DNA of 64,000 nt from Cyanobacteria bacterium UBA3301 (lineage in GTDB: Bacteria > Cyanobacteriota > Vampirovibrionia > Gastranaerophilales > Gastranaerophilaceae), in the NCBI GenBank assembly GCA_002361485.1, contig DESZ01000030.1:510-64509 (forward strand). The letters are read 5' to 3'. The translations under genes were made by a program, and so were the position numbers. Under the pieces are notes generated by a model, which was given only the letters and a program-made list of their open reading frames with translations, searched no databases and had not been told where the DNA came from. How positions within the stretch are numbered: the first letter of the stretch is position 1; each line of letters opens with the position of its first letter. Positions 28,660-38,616 of this stretch are shown here, one piece after another.

Positions 28660-30256
28660 TTTGACTTCAAAATTTAAACAACTGAATCCTTTTGAACTGA
28701 AAACCACCCTGATTGAACTGTTAAATAAAATTCATTCAGTCAGAGATATTCCGAATTGTTTGGCAGATATTGATTTACTAGATGCTCAATCGGACAAAAC
28801 CATTATTACAAAACTTTTGTTTAAAGAATTATCAAATTCTACAAATGAAAAAATTTCTGTTATTTGTTTTTTATTAGAACATTTTACCCCCAAGAAAAAA
28901 CTTATCAGCGGTTATTGGGATATATTAAAAAACAAATCACTTCCGACAGAAGCAAAAATAACCGTTCTAAACATGTTAAGAGAACTTGATGCGGATTGGT
29001 CATACGAAGATTGTTCAGATTTTCTGGACGATGCAGATGAAATTTTTGATGCAAGCACAAAACAATTATTGAATAATGCAATAATAAATCCTGAAGTTCA
29101 AATAGATTTCATGGATTTTATGGCATCAATAAAAACCGAAGATAAAATTACACTCATAAATTCGTTAGCTCAAGATTTTGGGGATGACGAACTTGCAAAT
29201 ATTTTAATCCCCGTATTTGAATCCAATCCGAATTCTGCAGTCGGTAAAGAAGCTCTTCGCCTTTTAGCGGACACAAAATCCCAACTCGCACTAAGCGTTT
29301 TGGAAAGAATGTGCAAATACACCCAAGGTGAACTTAATCAACTTATCAGAAAAAGCCTTGCAACCCTAAAAATGGCGGGAATAAGACAGGATAACACAAA
29401 AGAATTTTATGCCAAAATACTTTCAAACAGCAAACCTGACAAATTTTATATAACTTACCCTGACGGCCATGGCGATATGGCTTTAATTTGCACAAGAGTA
29501 ACCGAAGAAAACAGAATAAGATTTATTTCTATTGTTATAAATACCGAAACAGGCATAAAAGATTGCTTCGGATTTTTTGAAATTTCTAAATTTGAATGCG
29601 ACAAAATTTTGGAAAAATTCTTACAAAACGAAAAAGTTGCAAGCCTGCCAAAAGAAGCTTTTAAAACAATTCTATATAACAGTGAAATAATTACCGCCAC
29701 AACAAACAAAACCGATTGGGAATTGCCGTATGAATATGTTTGCTGGAAAAATTTATTAATTGATATAGATTATGATGATGAAAAAATCGAAAATATCTTG
29801 AAAGGTAATTTAAAACCGGTAAATATTACAGAAGCTGTTTTTGAGGACCTTGAAAAAATGAAAATATCCGACCATTGGTTCTTGGATGCAAATTATAGCG
29901 ACGAATTTGAAGACTTGATAAAACAACTAAAAACCGTAAATGATATTGATAAACTTGTAGAATCATACCAAGAAAAAGTTTTTTATGAACAAGAAAAAAA
30001 ATCTTGGATAAATAAACTTATAATTTCCGCATATATCAAATTTTCTATCGGCAAACTTGAAGATGGGTGCGAAATATATGCTTTATCACAAAATAATAAC
30101 CTTTTGGAAAAATATTATACACATATTTTAAAACGCAGTATCTATGAATATTTAACATTGATTAAATATAATAAAGACTTAAACACAGAAGGCTTTACAA
30201 AAGACGAAATTCTATCAAAGCTTGAATATATTGAACAAAATTGGGTAGGTGCATAA
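28634..30256 (+). CDS. hypothetical protein (helical-repeat-like), coupled to the ZBD gene
   Basis: 540-aa ORF. ATG 28634 overlaps the previous gene, and the alternative TTG 28661 lies directly after its stop. No recognisable motif. Confidence 0.6.
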   Translation: MRSGERQDNLTSKFKQLNPFELKTTLIELLNKIHSVRDIPNCLADIDLLDAQSDKTIITKLLFKELSNSTNEKISVICFLLEHFTPKKKLISGYWDILKNKSLPTEAKITVLNMLRELDADWSYEDCSDFLDDADEIFDASTKQLLNNAIINPEVQIDFMDFMASIKTEDKITLINSLAQDFGDDELANILIPVFESNPNSAVGKEALRLLADTKSQLALSVLERMCKYTQGELNQLIRKSLATLKMAGIRQDNTKEFYAKILSNSKPDKFYITYPDGHGDMALICTRVTEENRIRFISIVINTETGIKDCFGFFEISKFECDKILEKFLQNEKVASLPKEAFKTILYNSEIITATTNKTDWELPYEYVCWKNLLIDIDYDDEKIENILKGNLKPVNITEAVFEDLEKMKISDHWFLDANYSDEFEDLIKQLKTVNDIDKLVESYQEKVFYEQEKKSWINKLIISAYIKFSIGKLEDGCEIYALSQNNNLLEKYYTHILKRSIYEYLTLIKYNKDLNTEGFTKDEILSKLEYIEQNWVGA

Positions 30257-30660
30257 TGTATAAAGTAATGGCGCTTGATATAGGGACAAAACGCATCGGA
30301 ATAGCATTGAGCGATTTTTTACTGATGCTTGCCAACGGTCACTCATATATTCCGCGAGAACCCGAAAAAAACGCTCTTGATACCATATACAAAATTGCAA
30401 AAGAAAATCACGTTGAAAAAATAGTAATCGGATTACCTCTGAATATGGACGGCACAAAAGGCGCTCAAGCTCAAGATTGTGAAAAATTTGCATCAAAAAT
30501 AGAAAATTATGAAATTATATTTGAAGACGAACGTTTAACATCAGACACCGCAGAAGAAAATTTACGCAGCAAAAAAATAGATTTTCGTAAAGATAAAGGT
30601 TTAGTTGATATAGAAAGCGCTTGTATTATACTTGAGCAATACTTGTCAAGAAAAAAATAA
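30256..30660 (+). CDS. ruvX: putative pre-16S rRNA nuclease / Holliday junction resolvase-like YqgF
   Basis: Typical YqgF N-terminus MALDIGTKRIGIALSD and GLPLNMDGT. TAATG overlap with the upstream gene. Confidence 0.88.
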   Translation: MYKVMALDIGTKRIGIALSDFLLMLANGHSYIPREPEKNALDTIYKIAKENHVEKIVIGLPLNMDGTKGAQAQDCEKFASKIENYEIIFEDERLTSDTAEENLRSKKIDFRKDKGLVDIESACIILEQYLSRKK

Positions 30661-30672
30661 AGGAGAATAAAA

Positions 30673-30942
30673 ATGACAGAAGAAGAAAACAATGTAATTG
30701 AAATTACGGATGAAGAAGGCAATGTTCTCAAATGCGAATTATATGATATAATTGAATTTGAAAACAATCAGTATGCAATATTAACCGAAGCGGAATCTGT
30801 TGAAGAAGATCCTGAAATGGTTATTATGCGTTATACCGAAGAAGATGGTGAAAGCTATTTTGAAACAATTGAAGATGACGAAGAATTTGACAGAATAGCA
30901 AAATACCTTGAAACAATAGATGAAGAAGATGAAGAAGAATAA
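30673..30942 (+). CDS. DUF1292-like acidic protein
   Basis: 89 aa and highly acidic, with a core (LYDIIEFENNQYAIL) resembling the DUF1292 genes usually found next to ruvX/yqgF. Confidence 0.7.
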   Translation: MTEEENNVIEITDEEGNVLKCELYDIIEFENNQYAILTEAESVEEDPEMVIMRYTEEDGESYFETIEDDEEFDRIAKYLETIDEEDEEE

Positions 30943-30953
30943 GGAATAAAAAT

Positions 30954-32315
30954 TTGTTTGAAAAATTCACCGAAAAAGCACTAAACGTAATAGTTGAAGC
31001 TCAAAATATTGCAATATATGACCACTCCGATAAAGTTTTATCAGAGCATTTATTGCTTGCTGCGGTAAAAGAATCAAAAGGTTTTTGTTCAAGAATATTC
31101 AATTCATACGACATAACCTACGATAAATTAGCAAAAGAGATTTATATGACATTAAATATAGAAGAATCTGACATGACATCTTCTATACCGTTTAGTGACG
31201 ATTTCAAACGAATTTTACAGCGCACAATGGATTTGGTAAACGAATCAGGCAATTCAACCGTCCATTATGAGCACATAGTCCTTGCTTTGATAAACGATAA
31301 ACATTCCAAAATATCAACATACTTGGAAAATTTGGGGTTTGATATTGATAAATCCCGTCCATTAATTGAAAAACTCGTTCAACGCAAATCCAAAAACGAT
31401 TTGCACCCTGAAATCGAAGAAAATAAAGAGCCTGAAATTAATTTAACCGAAGAAACAGATTCGCTGTTTAACAACGAACAATCATCAAAAGTCTTTGAAC
31501 GTGCAGTTTCAAAACTTTCGGCTTCTAATTATGAAATTTTAGGAACAGAACAAATTATTTCATCTATTTTAGAAGATAAAGAATCCGGTTTGACAAAAAT
31601 TTTGGCTCAATTCGGAATTACGAACGACATTTTTGAACAAAAATTATCACAAATCCAATCGAGAGATTCCGAATATGCGGGTCGTCAAATCGTCTTTACG
31701 CCAAACGCGTTTCGTGTAATGAATTTGGCGCTTCAAACCGCAAAAGAACTTGGTTCATCGGAAGTTTTGCCTGAGCACATGATTTTAGGATTATTAAAAA
31801 CAAAAAAAGGGGTTGCATACGATATTTTAAAAGAACTTCACATCAATGATGATGATTTGGCACACACTATCATTAAACCTATAGAAAAAGAAATGCCCGA
31901 AACTCTTACCATTTTGCGTCTTGCAAAACAAGAAGCACGCAGAATGGGCAGAGCCGTCGTCGGAACAGAAATGTTTTTGTTAGGCATAATCGGCGAAGCA
32001 ACAGGTATTGGTGCAGTTGTATTAAACGAACTTGAAATAACAATCAAAGATGCGCGCATACTTGTCGAACGCATAATCGGTACGGGCAACGATTATTCCG
32101 ATGGAGAAATTGCCTTTACCAAACGCGCCAAACGAGTCTTGGAAACCGCGTGGGAATACGCCAAGAAAGCAAATAAAACAAAAATTGAATCATCGGATTT
32201 GCTGCTTGCCATTACAACAGAACCTGACTCAACCGCAATGCAAGTATTGGAACAACTCGGCGCTGATGTTCTAGAAATTCGTGAAGGCATCAAAAAGCAT
32301 ACACCCGTTGCATAG
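30954..32315 (+). CDS. Clp N-terminal (Clp_R) repeat protein with three N-domain modules and no AAA+ module
   Basis: MFEKFTEKALNVIVEAQNIA, FERAVSKL...GTEQIISSIL and ILRLAKQEARRMGRAVVGTEMFLLGIIGEATGIGAVVLNELEITIKDARILVERIIG are all ClpA/B/C N-domain-like. There is no Walker motif. TTG start. Confidence 0.8.
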   Translation: MFEKFTEKALNVIVEAQNIAIYDHSDKVLSEHLLLAAVKESKGFCSRIFNSYDITYDKLAKEIYMTLNIEESDMTSSIPFSDDFKRILQRTMDLVNESGNSTVHYEHIVLALINDKHSKISTYLENLGFDIDKSRPLIEKLVQRKSKNDLHPEIEENKEPEINLTEETDSLFNNEQSSKVFERAVSKLSASNYEILGTEQIISSILEDKESGLTKILAQFGITNDIFEQKLSQIQSRDSEYAGRQIVFTPNAFRVMNLALQTAKELGSSEVLPEHMILGLLKTKKGVAYDILKELHINDDDLAHTIIKPIEKEMPETLTILRLAKQEARRMGRAVVGTEMFLLGIIGEATGIGAVVLNELEITIKDARILVERIIGTGNDYSDGEIAFTKRAKRVLETAWEYAKKANKTKIESSDLLLAITTEPDSTAMQVLEQLGADVLEIREGIKKHTPVA

Positions 32316-32321
32316 CTTTTC

Positions 32322-33671
32322 ATGCTAAAATTATTAAAAATGAATACTATCTGCCAAACAATTAAAGAGTTTATAAAAAAATATGATATAGAAAATAACA
32401 CTTATCTTGTCGGATTTTCGGGCGGATATGATTCTATGTGTTTACTGCACGCTCTAAAATCAATTTGTAATAACAGAATTATCGCAATACACCTAAACCA
32501 CAATTGGCGCGGGGAAGAAAGCGACAGAGAAGAACAAAATTGCATCGATTTTTGCAAACAAATCGGAGTTGAATTTTATAGCGAAAAATTACTCCCCAAT
32601 ACTCCCCAAACAGAAACTGTTGCACGCAATTTGAGATATGAATTTTTTGAAAATTGCGCAAAAAAATTTGATACAAATATAATATTTACGGCACATAATA
32701 AAAATGATAACGCGGAAACTTTGATATATCGAATTGCGCACGGAACAGGTGTTAGCGGTTTACAGGGGATATCCGAAAAACGCCCCCCATTTTATCGCCC
32801 GATTTTAAATATTGAAAGAACCGATATTGAAAAATATTGCAAAGATAATAATTTATCACCGAATTTTGACAGCTCAAACACCGATACCATACATAAGCGC
32901 AACCTTATTCGCAGTGAAATTATGCCACAATTACAAAAAATAAATCCGAATACAGTTAACAATATAAATTCGCTCTCACAAATAGCAAGAGAAGAAACAG
33001 AAATTGTAAAAGAATACCTTACAAAAATACTTAAAAATATAACAAAAGAAGATAAAATTCTTACGCAAGAATTTTTTAATCAATCCGATGCCCTTCAAAA
33101 ACGTATATTATATGAAACAATTTCACCTCTGTTCCCTCAAGACTACGACCAAGAACGAATTTATACCATTTGGAAATTTTTAAAAGAAAATAAACGGTCA
33201 AAATCAGGTAAAATAATTTCATTAACAACTGATAAATGGATATTTATAAATGAAAAATACATAGAAATAATAACCAAACAAGAATCAAAAAAAATCAACA
33301 TACATATAACAAAAGAAGGGGAATATAAAGATGGCGGAATTTGTATCAATATTTCAAAGTGTGATACAAACATTGATGAAAGTTTTAGAGGTAATGGCAG
33401 GACTGTTTTCGTTGATTTGCGGGGACTAGATTTTGATTTTCATCTTCGCACAAGACAAGACGGCGACATTATACAACCGTTAGGCATGAACGGCACACAA
33501 AAATTAAAAAAATACTTAAATTCACGCAAAATTCCAAACCACAAAAAAGATAATCTGCTTTTTCTGACTCAAGGAAAAGAAATTTTATGGGCAATAGATA
33601 TCGGTTTAAGTGATAAAATAAAGATAAAAACAAAACCAACACACAAAATAACAATAACAATAAAGGATTAA
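32322..33671 (+). CDS. tilS: tRNA(Ile)-lysidine synthase
   Basis: PP-loop motif VGFSGGYDS, downstream HLNHNWRGEES block, and a TilS-like C-terminal domain. Confidence 0.88.
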   Translation: MLKLLKMNTICQTIKEFIKKYDIENNTYLVGFSGGYDSMCLLHALKSICNNRIIAIHLNHNWRGEESDREEQNCIDFCKQIGVEFYSEKLLPNTPQTETVARNLRYEFFENCAKKFDTNIIFTAHNKNDNAETLIYRIAHGTGVSGLQGISEKRPPFYRPILNIERTDIEKYCKDNNLSPNFDSSNTDTIHKRNLIRSEIMPQLQKINPNTVNNINSLSQIAREETEIVKEYLTKILKNITKEDKILTQEFFNQSDALQKRILYETISPLFPQDYDQERIYTIWKFLKENKRSKSGKIISLTTDKWIFINEKYIEIITKQESKKINIHITKEGEYKDGGICINISKCDTNIDESFRGNGRTVFVDLRGLDFDFHLRTRQDGDIIQPLGMNGTQKLKKYLNSRKIPNHKKDNLLFLTQGKEILWAIDIGLSDKIKIKTKPTHKITITIKD

Positions 33672-33674
33672 ATA

Positions 33675-34205
33675 ATGGAAATTAAAAAAGAAAATTTGAA
33701 AGTTTTATTTAGTAAAGACCAGCTCCACGCAAGAATAAAAGAACTTGCGCAGGAAATTAATACTCTATATAAAGATGAAGAACTGACTGCAATTTGTGTT
33801 TTAAAGGGTGCAGTTATATTTGCAACTGATTTGATAAGAGAACTCGATATGCCGATTCAAATTGAATTTATAAGACTTTCAAGCTACGGTTCCTCCACAA
33901 CAACATCAGGAAAAGTAAATGCCGTTGATATAAAACTTCCTGACCTGAATAATAAAAACGTTTTAATCATAGAAGATATTGTTGATACAGGATTAACCGC
34001 AAAATTTTTAATCGATTTTATGCACTTAAATTTTCATGTTAAATCATTAAAATTCTGCTCTCTGTTAGATAAAAAAATAACACGCAAAGTTGATATTGAA
34101 CCTGATTATTACGGATTTGAAGTTGACGATAAATTTGTTGTAGGGTACGGACTTGATTATGACGGATATTACAGAAACCTGCCATATATCGGTTATATTG
34201 AATAA
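33675..34205 (+). CDS. hpt: hypoxanthine phosphoribosyltransferase
   Basis: PRPP-binding motif VLIIEDIVDTGLT and the C-terminal GYGLDYDGYYRNLPYIG. Confidence 0.9.
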   Translation: MEIKKENLKVLFSKDQLHARIKELAQEINTLYKDEELTAICVLKGAVIFATDLIRELDMPIQIEFIRLSSYGSSTTTSGKVNAVDIKLPDLNNKNVLIIEDIVDTGLTAKFLIDFMHLNFHVKSLKFCSLLDKKITRKVDIEPDYYGFEVDDKFVVGYGLDYDGYYRNLPYIGYIE

Positions 34206-34265
34206 ATATTAAACTTGAAAAAAGACAAAAATTATTGTAAAATCGCTATATAAAAGGAGAGCAAA

Positions 34266-34886
34266 ATGGATCAGGAAACTTATATGAAGATAATGGGCTA
34301 TGTCCCGACAGTAATAGAAGCATCTTCTCGCGGAGAACGTTCTTTTGATATTTTTTCAAGATTGTTAAGAGAAAGAATAATATTTTTAGGAACGGAAATA
34401 GATGATGAAGTAGCAAATTCTATTGTTGCACAACTGTTATTATTAGATAGCGAAAACCCTGATAAAGATATTATGTTATACATAAATAGCCCCGGTGGTG
34501 TAATAACTGCGGGTATGGCAATTTATGACACAATGAATCTTATTAAAGCGGATGTTGCGACTATTTGCTTGGGCGAAGCCGCTTCAATGGGCGCATTTTT
34601 ACTATGTTCCGGAGCAAAAGGCAAAAGAATGTCGCTTCCTCGCTCACGCATAATGATTCACCAGCCTTTAGGCGGTGCAAAAGGGCAAGCAACAGATATT
34701 GAACTTGAAGCAAAAGAAATTATGCGTATGAAAAATATGTTAATTGATATTATCGCAAAAAATTCAGGTCAAGACCCTGAAAAAGTCAGAGAGGACTGCG
34801 AAAGAGACCATTATCTGTCCGCTTATGAAGCTATGGAATACGGCTTGATTGATAAAGTCGTAGAAAAAACTCCAAGCGCGCAATAA
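34266..34886 (+). CDS. clpP: ATP-dependent Clp protease proteolytic subunit
   Basis: Near-canonical ClpP sequence: [19 protein letters not shown], the Ser site [11 protein letters not shown] and the His site IMIHQPLGG. Confidence 0.95.
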   Translation: MDQETYMKIMGYVPTVIEASSRGERSFDIFSRLLRERIIFLGTEIDDEVANSIVAQLLLLDSENPDKDIMLYINSPGGVITAGMAIYDTMNLIKADVATICLGEAASMGAFLLCSGAKGKRMSLPRSRIMIHQPLGGAKGQATDIELEAKEIMRMKNMLIDIIAKNSGQDPEKVREDCERDHYLSAYEAMEYGLIDKVVEKTPSAQ

Positions 34887-34943
34887 TAAGGATTTAAGGT
34901 ATTAATTATTTTATACCGCCTTTACAAAACTTAACAAAAGCTC

Positions 34944-34977
34944 AAAAACATGCAATTACTTGAAATTGCATGTTTTT
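34944..34977 (+). terminator. intrinsic terminator after clpP
   Basis: aaaaacatgcaatt / aattgcatgttttt form a 14-bp stem with a 6-nt loop and a T-run. Confidence 0.8.
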
Positions 34978-35037
34978 ATATAGATGTAGGTTAGAAAAAT
35001 TTAGGTTAGTTTAAAAGGTTAAAGGTAGGTAAGTACT

Positions 35038-35562
35038 ATGGGTATTCTTATTTTTAGCGCGCGTGTATCGGATTTGATACACCAAAAGCACAATATCGAG
35101 TACAAACTCGCGCGCTTAACAAGGCAAATGAGAGATATGCAACAGTATTCAACACTTGTTGGGAACGGAAGCGTATCCATTGGTGATTTATTAAATTCAC
35201 CGAGTTCAATGATGGGCAGAACATTAAATTATTTAGGATTTGCTCACAACAGCGCATTACAATATATGCAAGCAAATGCACCAATGATGCAACAAATGTA
35301 CGCTCAGCAAATGGCAGGTCAACAAAATCCTCAGCAGGCAGCAATGATGAACAATTACATTATGAGAACATTGTATGCTCAAGGACGCGACAGAGCAGCA
35401 CAAGTTGAAATGAGAAATCTTAAAGAAGCTGAAGAAAGACTTGCTCAAGAAAAAGAACAACAAGAAACATTATTAGCAGAAGTCACAGAAGAACTCAAAG
35501 CAGCAAAACAAGCAAGAGATCAAGATATTAAAGACTTCGCTCCAAAATATACAGCAGGTTAA
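35038..35562 (+). CDS. hypothetical Gln/Met-rich coiled-coil protein
   Basis: 174-aa ORF bounded by terminators, with a low-complexity QQM-rich centre and a charged coiled-coil C-terminus. Confidence 0.55.
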   Translation: MGILIFSARVSDLIHQKHNIEYKLARLTRQMRDMQQYSTLVGNGSVSIGDLLNSPSSMMGRTLNYLGFAHNSALQYMQANAPMMQQMYAQQMAGQQNPQQAAMMNNYIMRTLYAQGRDRAAQVEMRNLKEAEERLAQEKEQQETLLAEVTEELKAAKQARDQDIKDFAPKYTAG

Positions 35563-35620
35563 ATTTTAATTAAATAAACAATAACTTAACTTTATCCTAG
35601 AAATAAACTAACCCTATTTT

Positions 35621-35652
35621 AACGGGACTTAAAACAATTAAGTCCCGTTTTT
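35621..35652 (+). terminator. intrinsic terminator
   Basis: aacgggacttaa / ttaagtcccgtt form a 12-bp stem followed by TTT. Confidence 0.8.
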
Positions 35653-35668
35653 CATGTATAATTAACCT

Positions 35669-36472
35669 ATGAAAAACATAAAAGTACAATGTCCCGCAAA
35701 AATAAATTTATCACTAAAAATAAAAGGGAAACGCCCTGACGGATTTCACGAAATAGAGAGCATTATGCAGACAATAAGTTTGTATGATTATTTAACTATC
35801 GAGATTGAGAAAGATACGAATAATTCTATTGAATTGTCAGGCAATAATTCTCAAATACCTTATGATAACAGGAATTTAGTATATAAAGCGACGGAATTAT
35901 TTTTTCAAACAACAAAAATAAATAATATCAAAACAAAAATATATATAGAAAAAAACATTCCCGTATCAGCAGGTTTAGCGGGTGGCAGCACAAATGCCGC
36001 AGGAACATTGTACGGTTTAAATACAATATTTAATAATCCGCTTTCAAATGAAGAACTCCACAAGCTTTGCTCTCAACTCGGTTCTGATTTAAATGTATGT
36101 ATGCAAGGCGGAAGACTTCTTGCACAAGGACGCGGTGAAATAATTACTCCGCTTGATTTTGAAGAATTCAATTTAAGCATAATAAAACCTAAAAATTTGG
36201 GAATTAGTGCAAAAGAAGCATATACAAAATTTTCACTAAAAAATAATAACAAACTTGAATTATCTAACCGCAACAATTTTGTAAACGATTTAGAATGGGC
36301 GGTTATAGATGATTATGAAGAATTAAAACACATAAAAACAACTTATCCTGAAGCAATAATGACAGGTTCAGGTTCAGCATATTATATAATAAACGGAACA
36401 TTCAAAGACGAACCTGACTACATTATCATAAATAACCTTAAATCAATTCCGCACGGAATAAAATTAATTTAA
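35669..36472 (+). CDS. ispE: 4-diphosphocytidyl-2-C-methyl-D-erythritol kinase
   Basis: N-terminal CPAKINLSLKI and the GHMP kinase motif IPVSAGLAGGSTNAA. Confidence 0.88.
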   Translation: MKNIKVQCPAKINLSLKIKGKRPDGFHEIESIMQTISLYDYLTIEIEKDTNNSIELSGNNSQIPYDNRNLVYKATELFFQTTKINNIKTKIYIEKNIPVSAGLAGGSTNAAGTLYGLNTIFNNPLSNEELHKLCSQLGSDLNVCMQGGRLLAQGRGEIITPLDFEEFNLSIIKPKNLGISAKEAYTKFSLKNNNKLELSNRNNFVNDLEWAVIDDYEELKHIKTTYPEAIMTGSGSAYYIINGTFKDEPDYIIINNLKSIPHGIKLI

Positions 36473-37861
36473 ACCGAGAAACATTAGACAAATCAACGCC
36501 GCGGGAACAACGTATTTTAAACCTATATTAAATAAAAACGCCATTAATCTGTTATTAATTATTGCACTTCCTTTTATTCTGAGATACCAGCCGGATATCA
36601 GACATAAGAACAAGGTATTTAACGGTAACATTACATTTGAAGTTAAAAAGTCTAAAAAGTCAAAAATTGATTTATCAAAGATTTTACAATTTTCAAGGAG
36701 TCCGAATGATAGTGTTGCAGGCACAGCAAAGACGGATATTATAGCAAATAACACCACACAGGCCTTTTGTCTTGACATTTTAAATCTTTCAATAAGAGTA
36801 GCACAAGGGCCTTCAAGAATACTTATACCTGAAGTTACTGCCGCGCAAAATAATAAAATAAAAAATGCACAAGAAACCACATTGCCATACGGAATTTGTG
36901 AGAATATTTTAGGCAAAGTAACAAAAACCAAACCTGCTCCTGAATTTGGAGTCATTCCGAAAGAAAATACTGCAGGAAAAATCATTATTCCCGCAAGAAT
37001 CGCAAAAATAGTATCGGAAAAAATTATTGTATAAACGGATTTAACAAAACTTTTATCTTCTTTTATATAACTTCCGTATGTAAGCAAAGCCCCCATACCG
37101 ATACTAAGCGTGAAAAATGCCTGCCCCAATGCCGACAAGACCATGTGCCTGTTTAACTTTGTAATATCAGGCTTGAACATATATTCCAAGCCTAAATTTG
37201 CATTAGGCAATCTTAAAGAAACTATTACCAAAAATATTAAAATAACAGCAAGCAAAGGCATTAAAATTTTATTGGCAGATTCAATACCGTTTTTTATCCC
37301 TCTTGCCGTAACAAACAAACAAATAAATAAAAATACTAAAGTCAAAACGCACGGATATATCGGACTTTGGATAAACAGAGAAAAATACTCATCATAATTT
37401 GCAATATTGCAAGAGGTAAGACTCTTGATAATATAATTAATAATCCAACCGCCTACAATAAAATAAAATGCAGAGATTAATATTCCCGTTATAGGGTTCA
37501 ATGAGCCTACATATTTTAAATTCGGATGTATTGATTCATAAGCCCCGACACATTCTTTTTTGGTAAGTTTACCGATATAAAGTTCGTTAATTAACGGAAC
37601 AAAACATATTGTACAAATAAGGATTATATAAACAGCCAGAAAGATTGCGCCGCCGTTTTGCCCCATAATATACGGGAATCTCCAAATATTACCTAACCCG
37701 ACGGCAGAACCGATTGTGGTAATTATAAATGCATATTTAGATGTCCACGAAGGCCTGTTATTATCCAATTTCCCACGCTCACTATTACTTCCGTTGTTAT
37801 TATACAAAAATTTTGTATAATTGTATAAATTGTAAAGATATAGAGTATAAAAATTTGACAA
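36464..37861 (-). CDS. sodium-dependent transporter, neurotransmitter:sodium symporter (SNF) family
   Basis: NSS signature GSAVGLGNIWRFPY and about 11-12 TM helices. The N-terminal roughly 35 aa are low complexity, so the true start may lie downstream. Confidence 0.88.
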   Translation of the reverse strand: MSNFYTLYLYNLYNYTKFLYNNNGSNSERGKLDNNRPSWTSKYAFIITTIGSAVGLGNIWRFPYIMGQNGGAIFLAVYIILICTICFVPLINELYIGKLTKKECVGAYESIHPNLKYVGSLNPITGILISAFYFIVGGWIINYIIKSLTSCNIANYDEYFSLFIQSPIYPCVLTLVFLFICLFVTARGIKNGIESANKILMPLLAVILIFLVIVSLRLPNANLGLEYMFKPDITKLNRHMVLSALGQAFFTLSIGMGALLTYGSYIKEDKSFVKSVYTIIFSDTIFAILAGIMIFPAVFSFGMTPNSGAGLVFVTLPKIFSQIPYGNVVSCAFFILLFCAAVTSGISILEGPCATLIERFKMSRQKACVVLFAIISVFAVPATLSFGLLENCKIFDKSIFDFLDFLTSNVMLPLNTLFLCLISGWYLRIKGSAIINNRLMAFLFNIGLKYVVPAALICLMFLGLN

Positions 37862-37918
37862 ACAAGAATAAGAACTTTATGCTACAATGTATGAACAATA
37901 TAAAAAAGGTGATAATAT

Positions 37919-38344
37919 ATGAAAAAGATACTTATAATTTCGTTATTGATAGTCCCGCTGGGTGCTTACGCTTGGGAATCTTTTATGGATAAATGTATCC
38001 AATCATGGATTGGATATCCGTTAGATGCGGTTATAAAAAAATGGGGTTACCCTGATAACGAACAAAATATCGCCGGTAAAAAATTATACATTTGGGAAAC
38101 CGTTGACTATGATGTTGATACTGATAGCGGATGGAGCATTTCTTCTACTGATAAAAAAGGAAGAGAAACCATTTTTTCTTCAGGCGGAGTACCTAAAATA
38201 GAATATTGCAGAAAAACACTTGAAACAGACGAAAGAGGTATTATCGTAAACGGTCAATGGAAAGGTAATGATTGTCCCAAATTCTATTTAGTAGGGAAAA
38301 AATATGTAAACCCTGCCAATGATTACTGGACAAACAAAAAATAA
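37919..38344 (+). CDS. hypothetical secreted protein
   Basis: Signal peptide MKKILIISLLIVPLGAYA. 141 aa with no family motif. Confidence 0.6.
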   Translation: MKKILIISLLIVPLGAYAWESFMDKCIQSWIGYPLDAVIKKWGYPDNEQNIAGKKLYIWETVDYDVDTDSGWSISSTDKKGRETIFSSGGVPKIEYCRKTLETDERGIIVNGQWKGNDCPKFYLVGKKYVNPANDYWTNKK

Positions 38345-38616
38345 AAAGTTGGTAGGGTAGACTTCAGTCTACCAAATATCTTGAAATGGTTGACTAAAGT
38401 CAACCCTACTTTTTAGTGCAATTTTGGGGACAAAAGGGTGCAAAAAGAGGACATTTCTGCTACTGAAATCGGACATTTAGGACATTTTTAATCAAGTAAC
38501 TTCCGACCTTTATAAATTGGCAAAAACTGGATTGCTTCGGGCTTTCGCCCTTGCAAAGACATGAAACTCTTCCGACCAAATGTCCTGATAAAAGGTAGTG
38601 GAGTTCTCAAACAGCG

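Noticed and set aside
28344-28670. 108-aa minus-strand ORF opposite the ClpX zinc-finger gene
   Set aside because: The plus-strand frame encodes a textbook ClpX ZBD with a proper SD, so the antisense frame is an artefact.
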